Positions 24,950 through 37,959 of a DNA stretch of 63,717 nucleotides are shown here, piece by piece (position 1 is the stretch's first letter; each line of letters begins with the position of its first letter). The position numbers and the translations under genes were made by a program. The notes under the pieces are model-generated. The model worked only from the letters and a program-made list of their open reading frames with translations. It was not told the origin of the DNA and did not search any database. Origin of the DNA: Negaprion brevirostris (lineage: Eukaryota); the NCBI GenBank assembly GCA_030324005.1, contig JARDVH010000025.1, forward strand, positions 69,489,696 to 69,553,412, in the 5' to 3' direction.

Positions 24950-25110
24950 CAAAGCCCTCACAATATTTAAGTATTTAGGTGAGCACTTGAAATGCCACAG
25001 TATACATAGCTACAAACCAAGTGCTGGAAAATGGGACTAGAATAGAGATGCTATCACGATTGGCTGAAGGGCTTCTTTCAGTGTTGTAAAGCTCTATGAC
25101 TCTATGAGTT
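24950..25110 (+). mobile_element. CR1 3' UTR fragment
   Basis: atttaaagtatttaggtgagcacttgaaa...ggctgaaggg...ctctatgactctatga tail. Confidence 0.65.
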
Positions 25111-25748
25111 TTTATAACTTTCTGCCAGCTTGTTCCTGCCACCCAAAAACAGAGCTAACCAGTCAGCCAGTTCCACAGAGAAGGCAGCCAAATTTCCACC
25201 TGTCCTTAATCAGTAAACTGCAGTCGAGCTCCCGTTTGGTGCTCTCACNNNNNNNNNNNNNNNNNNNNNNNNNNNNNNNNNNNNNNNNNNNNNNNNNNNN
25301 NNNNNNNNNNNNNNNNNNNNNNNNNNNNNNNNNNNNNNNNNNNNNNNNNNNNNNNNNNNNNNNNNNNNNNNNNNNNNNNNNNNNNNNNNNNNNNNNNNNN
25401 NNNNNNNNNNNNNNNNNNNNNNNNNNNNNNNNNNNNNNNNNNNNNNNNNNNNNNNNNNNNNNNNNNNNNNNNNNNNNNNNNNNNNNNNNNNNNNNNNNNN
25501 NNNNNNNNNNNNNNNNNNNNNNNNNNNNNNNNNNNNNNNNNNNNNNNNNNNNNNNNNNNNNNNNNNNNNNNNNNNNNNNNNNNNNNNNNNNNNNNNNNNN
25601 NNNNNNNNNNNNNNNNNNNNNNNNNNNNNNNNNNNNNNNNNNNNNNNNNNNNNNNNNNNNNNNNNNNNNNNNNNNNNNNNNNNNNNNNNNNNNNNNNNNN
25701 NNNNNNNNNNNNNNNNNNNNNNNNNNNNNNNNNNNNNNNNNNNNNNNN

Positions 25749-26150
25749 CTGCGGCCTCACCAGTGCCCTATACAGCTGCAGCAAGACCTCCCTACTTTTA
25801 TATTCAATCCCCCTCGCTATGATGGTTAATTTGTGCCTCAACTTCTTTTAAACTGCTTTTGCTTCATATCTTTTACCTAACAAAAAAATCTATCTATCTC
25901 ACTGTTGAAAGGTCCAGTTGTCCCTTGGAGAGATGGTGGTTACAAGCCATTAAGTTCAAAAGTGTTTTTTCATCCCACTACTGAATGGTTTCACTCTAAT
26001 TTTAAGATGATGTCCTCTGTCCTTGATTCCTCCATCAAAGAAAATAATTCTATTCTATCTACACCATCAAATTATTTAAACAATTTAAACAAATTGAGCA
26101 GATTACCTCCAGTTGTTGTCACTCAAAGAAAGCCAAGTTACTGCAAGATA
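25749..26150 (-). mobile_element. CR1 fragments
   Basis: Minus-strand IARGIEYKSREVLLQLYRALVRP next to the gap; older decayed CR1 3' sequence follows. Confidence 0.65.
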
Positions 26151-27504
26151 CTTAGGCTCAAAGGACTGAATGGCCTACTCCCTCTTCTATTTTTCATGTT
26201 TTCTATTCAACAATTATGTATAGACTAATTGTCACAATAGTGCAGTCGAGTCATATTCTGTCACTCTTTATATTGGGAGCATGTGAAATGGTGGCTGAGT
26301 GACAGAATTGCATGTACTTATTGTAGGGATATAGTTTTATTGTTGTGACTTTGCTTTGGGATGCTGTTGACTCAAAAATGAACAACATGGAGCTGGAAAA
26401 TTGTATCATGTTGACCAGGTATGAGAGTAGTGGGGACTGTAAATTCAAATCTTGTTTTACAAGGCTGATGAGTTATATGTGATTAAAAACAGAGACACGT
26501 TCAGTATTAGCAATGCAAATAGCATAAGTGAATTTAACTTAATTAAACAATCTAAGTTTTATTTGGTATCACAGCATTACACCACTGCACAAAACACATT
26601 TAAGTACAAAAACTTATCATAGTCAAAATATTCCATTGATCATTTCAGCAACTGATAAAATATTACAGTATTGAAATAATCAGTTAAAATAATTCTTACA
26701 CTCGTGACAAAACCACCTTTAATAGGTATGAAGTTACACAGGAATTAATCATATAATATGGCTGGTTTTAAGCAAAAATATGAATAATGTGCAAGTCTAT
26801 TAAAATATCAAATTAATGCTAACAACTGTAGGGCACAATCCACATAGATGTGCATTGTCAAATTCAGTCATCTTTAAATATAGAAAAATAAATGAGCCCT
26901 GTAGGCTCTCTGATATAGATTTTGTTCATTTGTCTATGATAGGAAATGAAACTTATTCTCTCATGGAAAATTAATGTTTTCCAGGCACCTTTAGGAAGGA
27001 GTTTTAACCCTTGGGAGAGCTGGATTAAGTGAGAAGCAGAAATTTTAAAAAAACCTAACTCCAACCCAGCCACCTGCAGTTTTAATGGGAATGGCTCAGG
27101 TAACACATGGCCAATCCACCTTCAGTAGGCAGGCTGATCACTGATGTCTTTTAATGAGGACAAGGGCCTTCATTTTAATTGGATTTTCAGGTTTAACGCA
27201 TGAGGTTGAGGATCCCGCACCTCCAGAAACGTGGCAGAAAAAATGGGTTGTGAATGGCTACTTTACTGAAGTAAATGCCTTTACTATTGTTGGCGAGTCA
27301 GGAAAAGCAGTAGCAATTCTTCCAGGCCCAGCAAACAAACCTGCCAATGACTGGGCCCATGTGATCAGATGACCACCAAGTCCTTAACAACATCTAGTCT
27401 GCTCCAGCCGTGCTCAAAAATGTCCCACCCCTCACAATGTCCAATTTACTCATCAACCCAACTGACTGTCGGTCATGGTTGTCAGCATGGTTCCATGAAA
27501 GGAA

Positions 27505-28930
27505 GGTCATACTTGAGGAAGTAACCAGCGAGGTAGATAGTGGGGAGCCTATGGACATGGTATATTTAGACCTCCAGAAGACATTTGACAAGATGCCACA
27601 TAAAACACTGATCCAGAAGGTAAGATTGCAAGGGACTGGAGTTAGAGTACTAGTTTGGATTGAGGATTGGCTGACTAACAGAAAGCAAAGAGTTGGGATT
27701 AATGGGTCTTCTCTGCCTGGTGAAATGTAACTAGTGGGGTGCCGCAGGGATCAGTCCTTGGACCTCAACTGTTTACAATCTATATAAGTGATCTGCAAAC
27801 AGGAAGAGAGTGTAACATAGCAAAATTTATGAATGATACTAAAATAGGCGGGAAAGCAGGCAGTGAAGAAAATATAAAGACTCTACCGACAGATATTGAT
27901 AGGCTGGGAGAATGGGCCAAAACTTAGCAGCTGGAGTTTAATGTGGATAAGTATGAGGTTGTCCAGTTTGGCAGGAAAAATGAAAAGGCAAATAATTACC
28001 TAAATGTAAAGTAGATACAAAATGCGCCCAGGCAGAGGGATCTGGGTGCCTATATTCACGAATCACAGAAAGTCAATATGCAGGTGCAGCATGTAATAAA
28101 ATAGGCAAATGGGATGTTGCCATTTATTGCAAAAAGATTGAGTATAAAGGCAGAGAAGTTTTTTTTATCATTTTATAGGGTGTTGGTGAGACCACATCTG
28201 GAATATTGTGTCCAATTTGGTTTCCTTATTTGAGGAAGGATGTGGTGGCATTGGACGCAGTTCAGAGGAGGTTCACCAGATTGATTCTGGGTATGAAAGN
28301 NNNNNNNNNNNNNNNNNNNNNNNNNNNNNNNNNNNNNNNNNNNNNNNNNNNNNNNNNNNNNNNNNNNNNNNNNNNNNNNNNNNNNNNNNNNNNNNNNNNG
28401 GAAGGATGTGGTGGCATTGGACGCAGTTCAGAGGAGGTTCACCAGATTGATCAGAAGGATGAAAGGGTTGACGTGTGAGGAGAGATTACACAGTTTGGGA
28501 TTTTACTCACTGGAATACAGAAGGATGAGAGGAGATCTGAACAAGGTGTAGAAAATACTAAAAGGGATTGATAAAGTAAATGTAGACCAAACATTTCCTC
28601 TTATGGGGCACTCTAGAACAAGAGGTCACAGGTATAGATTGTGAGGTATAGATTTAAAACTGAGATGAGGAGGAACTACTTCTCGCAGAGAGTGGTAAAT
28701 TTGTGGAACTCGCTGCCCCATTGTGCAGTGGAGTCTTAATTGTTGAATGGTTTCAAGAAAGAGATGGACATATTTCTAATCAAGAAAGGGAAAGAGGGAT
28801 ATGAGGAACAGGTGGGGCAGTGGATTTGAGACCAGGGAGAGATCAGCCGCAATCTGATTAAATGGCAGAGCAGGTGTGAAGAGCTGAATTTGCTTACTTC
28901 TGTTGCTGATTCCTATTTTCCTATGTTCCA
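27505..28930 (+). mobile_element. CR1 LINE RT plus 3' UTR
   Basis: YLDLQKTFDKMPH, WIEDWLTNRKQRVGING, PQGSVLGPQLFTIYISDL, DTKIGG, VQRRFTRLI; tail ttcctattttcctatgttcc. Confidence 0.93.
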
Positions 28931-29064
28931 CTAATGCATGCTCACATACTTCGTCAGAAATTAAAGGTATTTATTAACAAAGAAAAACTTTACCAAATCC
29001 AGCAGCTTCCCTGGCTGCCCAATCTCTACATGTCTAGGAACCCTCTTTTGTAGTTCCACAAGTC

Positions 29065-29413
29065 TACACTTCCCACTGCCTCAGAAAAGCAGCCAGCATT
29101 ATTAAGGACCCCATGCACCCCAGATATTCTCTTTTCCACCTTCTTCCATCGGGAAAAAGATACAAAAGTCTAAGGTCACCTACCAAGCGACTCAAGAACA
29201 GCTTCTTCCCTGCTGCTGTTAGACTTTTAAATGGATTTACCTTGCATTAAATTGATCTTTCTCTACACCCTAGTTATGATTGTAACATTACATTCTGCAC
29301 TGTCTCATTTCTTTCTCTATGAATGGTATGTTTTGTTTGTACAGCGCACAAGAAACAATACTTTTCACTGTATGTTAATACATGTGACAATAATATATCA
29401 AATCAAATCAAAT
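29065..29413 (+). mobile_element. Rex1/Babar-type LINE 3' end
   Basis: CLRKAASIIKDP.HP..SLFHLLPSGKRYKSL..TKRLKNSFFPAAVRLLN, ending in (CAAAT)n like 33260-33280. Confidence 0.85.
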
Positions 29414-29969
29414 GTAATCTGCTGAAAATAGGCTCCACCCCTTAGGGCGATTATCCACACGATCCCATTTGGTCCCTCAAGCCAGGTGGTTCTCTTCTGC
29501 TGTGTTGTTCTTAAAGGGACAATCACCACAGACATTGCAAAATGTTTTAAATGTCTGGTTAATTTCTACAGGATACCCGGGAGATATGAGTTTCTGGGTC
29601 TTTTCCTGGAAGATCTTTCCCCATGATCTGTTGTTCAAATATCAGGACCTCAACCTCTAACTTCATAGTTAACAACTATGAAGCAGCTTCTTTAAAATCC
29701 TCCCTGCACAACTAACAATGCAAATCAATCATGACGAATATTCCACAGCAGCTCCAGCGCAAATTCCTGAGATCAAAGTACCAAGCCAGTTTTTGCTTTT
29801 TGGAGCCAATGAACCTCAGGCAACCAAGCTGAGAAAATGTGGCAAAAAGCAGAAAATGTGACCAAGTTAATTAGTTAGATATTGAAAGTCCTTATTTTCA
29901 GAAAGTCTTCGACATAACACACACGCCATGACTTTTTGCCCACATTTGTGGTAAACACAAATGGTGTAC

Positions 29970-30415
29970 TGGGCACAAAGTACCGCATGACTTGGAAAAC
30001 AAGAATCTCGCTAGTGAGATTCTCATTTTCAGACTCTCCCCACACCCCCAACGGTGACATCACAAGGATCCCACTCGAGAAAGGCAGGAACCTCATTTCA
30101 GTCCATTTAAATATAATTAGTGGGCTTCTCCACCATATCATTCCCGACATTAAGAACTTGCTCTCGTAAATGTGATATCACATTGGCAAGATTTACAACT
30201 GCTGTTTAAATACCTGACCCAGGTGAAGAGAAACCACTGGGAGCACACAGCTAATTATAGCCCCTGTCTGCTGGGGGAATCACAGGTAAGTATAGCCCCT
30301 GAGAGTAGAGGGAAATGTGTAGGCAATATATCCGCACTCCCCCCCACCTCAAATGGACCTCCCCAGAGGGGTCCCCAGGCACTGGAGTTGTGGTGTTGAC
30401 TGGAGTTGGGCTGGT
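29970..30415. mobile_element. Non-autonomous TIR-type DNA element fragment
   Basis: Starts gggcacaa..; contains the palindromic gaatctcgctagtgagattc and ctcatt..a.atccattt motifs seen in the other TIR elements; runs into a gap. Confidence 0.4.
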
Positions 30416-30648
30416 NNNNNNNNNNNNNNNNNNNNNNNNNNNNNNNNNNNNNNNNNNNNNNNNNNNNNNNNNNNNNNNNNNNNNNNNNNNNNNNNNNNNN
30501 NNNNNNNNNNNNNNNNNNNNNNNNNNNNNNNNNNNNNNNNNNNNNNNNNNNNNNNNNNNNNNNNNNNNNNNNNNNNNNNNNNNNNNNNNNNNNNNNNNNN
30601 NNNNNNNNNNNNNNNNNNNNNNNNNNNNNNNNNNNNNNNNNNNNNNNN

Positions 30649-30745
30649 GATATGGGGGTAGGGCCTGGGTGGGATTGTGGTCGGTGCAGACTCGATGGGC
30701 CAAATGGCCTCTTTCTGCACTGTAGTGTTTCTATGATTCTATGAT
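30649..30745 (+). mobile_element. V-SINE/HER1-type 3' tail
   Basis: gggcctgggtgggattgtggtcggtgcagactcgatgggccaaatggcctc...ttctatgattctatga. Confidence 0.8.
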
Positions 30746-30980
30746 TTCATTTTAAAAGATTACGGAAAGGGAAGAGAGATTCCATTCCAAAACAGCACAC
30801 AGAGGAAGGCGAGATTACATTTTAAACAGTGCGGAAAGAGAGCAAAGAAGTTATTTTGAAATAGTCTGGAGATAAAGTAGTGATTTCAATTTAAAACAGT
30901 GTGGAGAGAGATGCGTGATTTCATTATAAAGTAGTGCAGCGAGAAAAGAGATTTAATTTTAAAACAGCAAGTAACGAGAT
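30743..30980 (+). repeat. Degenerate tandem repeat, about 7 units of ~34 bp
   Basis: Core GATTTCATTTTAAAACAG recurs at ~34-bp spacing, separated by variable purine-rich segments. Confidence 0.7.
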
Positions 30981-31029
30981 ATAAGGGACATGATCAACTG
31001 GCATGGTTAGTCAGTAAGATAGAGCAAGG

Positions 31030-31922
31030 GGTGAAAAATGGGGTTTGTGCCTGGTTTTTTGACCCTTGTGATCTTTCCAGCCCCATTTTGCTGGCAAAAT
31101 CAGCCTTGTGCCTTTCTGATTTCAATATTAATGACATGATTAACATGTCATTAACAAGTCCAGGGTGCTATCGTCCAGGGTCACTTCCCTTAGCCCATTT
31201 ACTAATCAAGGTCTTTGTCCTTCTGCCTGTAGCCGTAAACCCTTGCCCTTCCTCCCATCTACCCCCCTCTTCATGAACAACCTTCCACATTGCTGCCCTG
31301 GTCTTCAACAGGCTACTCCCCACCTTCTCCTGCACTCCACCCTCAATCAAACTTCAGACATTTGTTGCAGTGGCTGCAGGAGACCCCAGCACGCTGCTGG
31401 CCTGATAGACAGTGGTATATGGCATCAGGTGGAAGGAGACCCTTGTACTCTCCAATCCCAGGTTTAGTACTGGTGAGAGCACAAGAATGTCCATAGGTCC
31501 AGGAGCTGTTCATGAACACCAACTGGCATGGAGATGCCATGGAGGGCAAGAACTGGCCTGTCCTGGTAGAGTTGTGTATCGCGTATCAGGAGCAGTGCAG
31601 CACTATGGCAATATTGCACTCATCCCAAAGTCTCTTGCAACCTGAGGATCACCTCGTGAACATCACTTCTTAACAACTAGGTATTCAACCAACATAATTT
31701 CCCCCTGACATGACACAAGATTGAAAGGCCTGATGGGATACCAGCGGTCAGCTGTTTTAAGGAGCATTCATGAGATGCAAATTAATGCAAATAATGTTCA
31801 CACTACCAGACAGTGGGAAAACCGACCCACCATTGGAAGGATTCTGACTCTTTGGCTCCCACTGGATTCTTTGTTCTATCCCACCACCAAATCCATCATG
31901 GGAAGATGGAAGAATTCCAGCT
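31030..31922. mobile_element. Probable non-autonomous PIF/Harbinger-derived element
   Basis: GC-richer block ending gggaagatggaagaattccagc, with catgagatgcaaattaatgcaaat subterminal motifs typical of the other TIR elements here. Confidence 0.4.
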
Positions 31923-31959
31923 ACAGAATTAAAGGTTTGATATCTGAACGTGAGTGACC

Positions 31960-33670
31960 ATCACAACAAATGGATAAATTAAGATAGGTATGACCTGATA
32001 GCCAATACAGAGACATAGATGCAAGGTTCCAGTGGCTGGGAGTTAAATATTGACATTGCTATTTCACATTCTGAAAAGATGGGAAGGTAGGATAATGGAG
32101 TGAGGTAGTTTGTTGATTACTAATGCCATTAGTACAATTATGACATGATCTTAGCTCAAAAGAGCAAGATGTATTTATTGACTACAGCTTAGCCTTCAAC
32201 ACTATTATTCCCACAAAACTCATCTCCAAACTCTGTGGCCTGGACCTGGGCACCTCCCTCTGAGACTGGATCCTGAACTTCCTAATTCACAAACCACAAT
32301 CAGGAAGGACAGGTAACAATACCTCCTCCACAATAATCCTCTATACCGGTGCCCCACAAGGGCCCTCTACTGTACTCCTTGTACACCTATGATTGTGCGG
32401 CCAAATTCCCATCCAGTCTGATTTTCAAGTTTGCTGACGACACCACTGTAGTGGGTCAGATCTCAAACAATGATGAGACAGACTACAGGAATGAGATAGA
32501 GAATCTGGTAAACTGGGTGGGAACAATAAATTCTCCCTCAACGTCAACAAAACGAAGGAGATTGTCATCTACTTCTGGAAAGATAAAGGAAAACATGCCC
32601 CTGTCTACATCAATGGGGACTAAGTAGAAAAGGTCGAGAGCTTCAAGTTTTTAGGTGTCCAGATCACCAACAAGACGTCCTGGTCCCCCTCATGCCGACA
32701 CTAAAGTTAAGAAAGCCCAACAAAGCCTCTACTTTCTCAGAAGAATTTTGAATAAAGAAATTTGGCATGTCAGCTATGACTCTCACCAACTTTTACAGAT
32801 GCACCNNNNNNNNNNNNNNNNNNNNNNNNNNNNNNNNNNNNNNNNNNNNNNNNNNNNNNNNNNNNNNNNNNNNNNNNNNNNNNNNNNNNNNNNNNNNNNN
32901 NNNNNNNNNNNNNNNNNNNNNNNNNNNNNNNNNNNNNNNNNNNNNNNNNNNNNNNNNNNNNNNNNNNNNNNNNNNNNNNNNNNNNNNNNNNNNNNNNNNN
33001 NNNNNNNNNNNNNNNNNNNNNNNNNNNNNNNNNNNNNNNNNNNNNNNNNNNNNNNNNNNNNNNNNNNNNNNNNNNNNNNNNNNNNNNNNNNNNNNNNNNN
33101 NNNNNNNNNNNNNNNNNNNNNNNNNNNNNNNNNNNNNNNNNNNNNNNNNNNNNNNNNNNNNNNNNNNNNNNNGTTTCCTTCTCTATCAATGGTGTGTTTT
33201 GTCTGTATAGCATGCAAGAAACAATACTTTTCACTGTTTGTTAATATATGTGACGATAATAAATCAAATCAAATCAAATGTAGAATAGTTTGAGTGGAAA
33301 TAAGAAAGAGAAAGTTAAAAGAACACACTTATGGAAATAATTTGTAGGTTCCTAACAGTAGCTGGATAAAGGAATAACAATCAGTGGATAAAGGAGTAAC
33401 TGCAGATGTGGTGTACTTGGATTTCCAAAAGGCATTTCATAAGATGCCACATAAGATCATACCTTCAAAACGGAAATGGTTCAGGCACAGTCAAGGTATA
33501 TTTCCTTAAATAGGAAAGGCAGGGCAAACACATCCAGAGATCCCTGGATGAAGAAGGAAATAGAAATTAAGATAAGGAACAAAACATATGCTTATGATAG
33601 GTGTCAGGTGGAAAATAAAGTTGAGATCAAAGGGTAATACAGAAGGTGCAATTGGGAGGTGAAAACACAC
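31960..33670 (+). mobile_element. Old CR1 ORF2 5' (APE) fragments split by a Rex1 insertion
   Basis: YDLIANTET (APE motif) at ~31989. gagcaagatgta|...|gtagaatagtttgagtggaaataag continues across the insertion. [16 protein letters not shown] at ~33405. Confidence 0.65.
32172..33280 (+). mobile_element. Rex1/Babar-type LINE, 5'-truncated RT plus 3' tail
   Basis: FIDYSLAFNTIIPTKLISKL, PLLYSLYTYDC, IFKFADDTTVVGQISNNDE, KKAQQSLYFLRR; tail aaatcaaatcaaatcaaat. Confidence 0.9.
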
Positions 33671-34355
33671 ATTATTTGGTGGCTGTGTCTGGATGTTCAG
33701 ATTGAAGAAAAAAATGGGACAATGTCAATCCTCTGTACAAATGAGAAATACTCTACTGTTGCCTCCTTTACACCTTTAGATGTGGCCTAAAATGCCATGG
33801 CAATGAATGCATATAGATTTTGTTGGTCCACTTGAGGGTTGCATGTTCTTAATCATAACTTATGCACACTCAAAGTGGCCAGAAATTATTATGCAATCTA
33901 CTACAATTGAACAAATCATTGAAGAATTTGACAAATTTTGCAAGATCTGGTAAACCAGCATAGATTGTTCATGGTAATGGTTCATCATTTACTTCGCAAG
34001 ATTTTGAAGATTATCTCCAAGTAAATGGTATTCAGCATATAAAATCCTCATCTTCTCATCCATCAACTAATGGATTAGCTGAAAGATTTGTGCAATCCTT
34101 AAAAGCATCCTTTAAAAGCTTCAAGAGAGCAATGTTCATTTTCACACCATGTGAATAGCTTTTTGGCATCATGTGACTACCCAGTCCACTTGCATTCCTA
34201 TTCTTAAAGACGAAGTTGAGAACTGTGTTTAATTTATTGCCTCCAGAAACTTCAAAGATTGTACAGAGTCAACAACAATTTCAAGTTGCCCAATGTGAAG
34301 TGACAGCAAAACAATGCTCATTTCAACAAGGAGATCAAGTGCTAGTTAGGACATT
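33670..34355 (+). mobile_element. Second Gypsy integrase fragment
   Basis: Frameshifted WW..LDVQIE, PWQ.MHIDFVGPLEG, AHSKWPEI, NGSSFTSQDFE, NGIQHIKSS..HPSTNGLAERFVQSLK. Confidence 0.85.
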
Positions 34356-34391
34356 ATAATTAGAAAGAGCCTGCATGGATTTCTAATGGCA

Positions 34392-34492
34392 TCTTTAGAT
34401 GAAGAAGAGACATATAGACTCAAACATTAACTCTGTTTCTCAGCAGACAGATGTTGCCAGACCTGAGTTTCTCCAGCATTTTTGGTTTTTAC
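34392..34492 (+). mobile_element. Penelope pLTR fragment
   Basis: gaagaagagacatatagactcaaacattaactctgtttctc...cagatgttgccagacctgagtttctccagcattttt is similar to 54208-54310. Confidence 0.6.
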
Positions 34493-34940
34493 CTCTCTCC
34501 AGGCCAAATGAACATTGGTTTTTCAGAATTTTATCACCATTCTTTGGATAGAGAACATTTCCCTTACAAATTCATCTAGAAACTCCAGGAAGGAACCAGA
34601 GAACTTGGGAACTTGCTCCCAATCATTTCTCAAAACTAACACTTTGCAGCTATCATTCATGTTTTAAATAGACAATGAAACCCCCCAGAAACCATATTCC
34701 CAATGCAATCAGCACGTCAATGAGATATAAATGCAACTTGGTCTCACACTGGCAGCATTGGGAAGGCTTGCCAATTGCCTCACCCCTTGCCCCACACCCA
34801 TGCAAATCCATTGCCACTTGAACTTTCTTGTATAGTTTGTCACATAAATCAAGATAGGTCACTTTCTTAAACTGGTATTGCCATTCCTAATGAATACTCT
34901 TATAATGGATCTGATTTCAAGCTGTCCACATTTTGTACAT

Positions 34941-35054
34941 TTGTACTGACTGAATCAACCTAGCCACAGACAAGTCTGCCTGACAATAAATACATACATT
35001 GTACTGACTGAATCAACCCAGCCACAGACAAGTCTGCCTGACAATAAATACATA
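34941..35054 (+). repeat. Near-perfect 58-bp tandem duplication (2 copies)
   Basis: ttgtactgactgaatcaacc(t/c)agccacagacaagtctgcctgacaataaatacata occurs twice, at 34941 and 34999. Confidence 0.92.
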
Positions 35055-35082
35055 TCTGCTTTTAGCAGAAAAGAAGAAGTCA

Positions 35083-35498
35083 GGAACATAAGAACATAAG
35101 AAATAGGAGCAGGAGTAGGCCATCTAGCCCTTCGAGCCTGCCCCGCCATTCAATAANNNNNNNNNNNNNNNNNNNNNNNNNNNNNNNNNNNNNNNNNNNN
35201 NNNNNNNNNNNNNNNNNNNNNNNNNNNNNNNNNNNNNNNNNNNNNNNNNNNNNNNNCCGGCTATCCTTTCTAAGCGAGAAGAATCTCTCTACCTCTACCC
35301 TATCCATCCTCTTCATTATCTTATACGTCTCTATAAGATCCCCCCTCACCCTTCTAAACTCCAACGAGTACAGACACAGTCTATTTAGTGTCTCTTCAAA
35401 GTCCAACCCCCTCATCTCCGGTACCAGCCTAGTGAACCTCCTCTGCGCTCCCTCCAAGGCCAATATATCTTTCCGCAAGTGCAGCGACCAAAACTGCA
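35083..35498 (-). mobile_element. CR1 3' portion (relatively young)
   Basis: Open peptide RKDILALEGAQRRFTRLVPEMRGL..LYSLEFRRVRGDLIETYKIM; (gaacataa) tail; CpGs retained. Confidence 0.9.
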
Positions 35499-37689
35499 GA
35501 GGAAGTGCAGAGAAACAAAATTTAGGATTTCTGGATGAATTTACTCTCTCTAGAAGCTCCCTTAGGTCATCCTAGAGGCTCTAAGAGATCAACAGTTTTT
35601 TTGTCAGCGGCAGGCAAGCACTTGCATGCCACAAGATCTGTATTGTAAGAATTCATCATTCTACATATTTTTTCTTTTGAGTTAGGTTCACTTTGAAGCA
35701 CATTATTTTCATTGCTGTGTCTAACAGAATATTTCTGTGATGTTTTCTTTAAATAGCTGACACCATCTCCGTGTAAGTTAGAATAAGTGTTCCCAGAAGA
35801 TTGTTGATATTTGTGTTAAACATTCAGACAAAATAATGAAAACCATTCCACTTTGTTAATTACTTTTAAATCTCACGTTTCTATTAATTTTGTGGTTTGC
35901 TGTACAGGGGCAGCTGACAAAATCAGCTTTACTCTTCAAATCATGAGTATAAGTGTGTTTTTTTAAGAAAGTGTGTACACTTCTATTCTGGAATTTGCAC
36001 TTTTTAAAAAATATATAAATCTAACTTTCGAGCTCATTTCCTCTAGTTCAGGTAGGAATTCAGATGTGGCATCAGGCCATGTGATTAAAATTGTGTTCTC
36101 AATCTGCTGTAACTAGGAATCTAACCAAAAACTCCTCCCCATAAAAGTTCATGGTCAAATCGCCTTTCTCATGTAGGTCTGAAATGCATTAATAATGCTC
36201 CACGTTCTCTATTGGAGCTATCTGTTTTAAAATATCTATAATTCCAGGATCACTAAGAACAATGACTGGCAGAATAACCCAGGCAATTTTTATTAGAAGA
36301 GTGTGGCAGCAATTTAAACAGTTACTTATTTGACTTTGGGCAGCAAACAAGAGGCAAATCAAACAATGGTATTTTATTTAGTATTGGGAGCAGTGTGGAG
36401 GTATAGACTTGATGTACTGATGTGGCTTATGTCCAATTTTCAAGTGGTTTTCTGGATCAGAATAGACATAACATGGTTGTGGTGTTGTGGCTATTTTAAA
36501 TCTTAGGTAATTTATTAGAGAAGTCTTGTAGCATTGAGACAACTATATTTAATTATTACTAATAGATCTCCCATGAGCAGTTTAAACTGTTGTTTCTAAC
36601 ATTAATTGCTGTCCCAAAGAAGGCTGCACTTGACAGCAGGTCTCATAGCTCTACAGCAAGTCTACTCAGGTAACAGACCACATGACTGACATAAACAAGA
36701 ATGTTAGGCAAAGGGATGCAAGTGGTGGAAGTGTTAAAGCAACTGCTAGCATTACAATGTGGCTTCTATTGTGAAATCACAATGACAACAGACGGTGCAA
36801 ACAGCCAAACTCTACACCACAATTTTTCAGAAACACCACATCCTGTTTCCATTAATTAAAAAGTGTGTTCAACCCTGCTTTCTGGGCCGTATTTTAACCA
36901 ATTTGCACCAGCTGCTGGATATTTCCAATCTACAAGATAGGAACATTACTTTCCATCATTTATTTCCCGCGCTAATTCAATGGCAATTCCTTGTGGGAAA
37001 CAGTTGTATAATTTTGCTGTATACATGTTGATTGATCGAAGAAACTGAAAGGAAGCGGTGTCCCAAGTGATGGGGATGTTTTTTGCATCCTCCAGTGAAG
37101 CAGAACATTCTGAAAGTGATATTTTAATGCATCCTTTATGTTCACTGAAAGTCTGTCAGTTAATTCCAGTATAACTGTATGTATCACATGTCAGATCTGA
37201 AGAGAGTAATTTGCAGAACAAACCACAAAAATATCATTGTCTATATTGCATCAGAAGCCCCAGAAAATGGGTTATAAATAACTTACAACCTGTTCTATTG
37301 TTTCACCACTTTAGTCTTGAGATATTGGCCCCCTATATTTACAGGTAGGTGGGAAATGTGCATGTGAGGTGGGAAAGATATAGGGCGTTGCAATGTAATG
37401 GGGTTAACTCAGCAAGGCATGTATGTGAGATCCTGTGAGCTCAACAACAGGATCTCATAATAGTTTGTTTCTTCCAGTTCCCCCATTGATTTCCCCAGCA
37501 AACAGCCAGATTGACTGGCTGCTGAATAGGATAACCAGCAACAGAATGCCATAGTCAAGGAGCATTCAAGGACAATCCACAACAATTGATATCTTGGGGT
37601 AGGTCACACACCAGGCTTGAATCATGCTTGCATTCAACATGAATCTGGAGGGAACGCTCCACTGATTAGAGTCAGAGCCAACACGAAGG

Positions 37690-37955
37690 CATAAGGTTGT
37701 GATTGCTGGAATTCAATCATCTTGAGGGATACTGGTACAGGAGTCACTTAGAGAAACATCCCATGATCAAGTATCTTCAATTGCTTCATCAGTGACATTC
37801 CCTTCATTACAAAGGTCAGAACTGGGGATGTTCACTATTAATTGAAAAATGTTCAGGATCATTCACAACTCTTTTAGACATTGAAGAAGTTCATGCCTGC
37901 ATGCCGTAAGACATGGACAACATTAAGACTTGGGCTGATAAGTGGCAAATAACAG
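37690..37955 (+). mobile_element. LINE RT fragment (different CR1/L2-group family), left half of a split element
   Basis: IFNCFISDIP.. (RT domain 4 region), VHACM..DMDNIKTWADKWQIT; continues at ~41294. Confidence 0.7.
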
Positions 37956-37959
37956 ACAT

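Noticed and set aside
28234-28451. Identical ~50-bp direct repeat on both sides of a 100-N gap
   Set aside because: Typical unmerged contig overlap within a CR1; most likely an assembly artefact.
30743-30980. CRISPR array
   Set aside because: Vertebrate intron with no cas genes; the repeats are degenerate and the spacers are short and similar to each other.
31410-31650. HARBI1-like transposase remnant (SGG..LYSP-like)
   Set aside because: Resemblance is too short and frameshifted to support without an HMM search.
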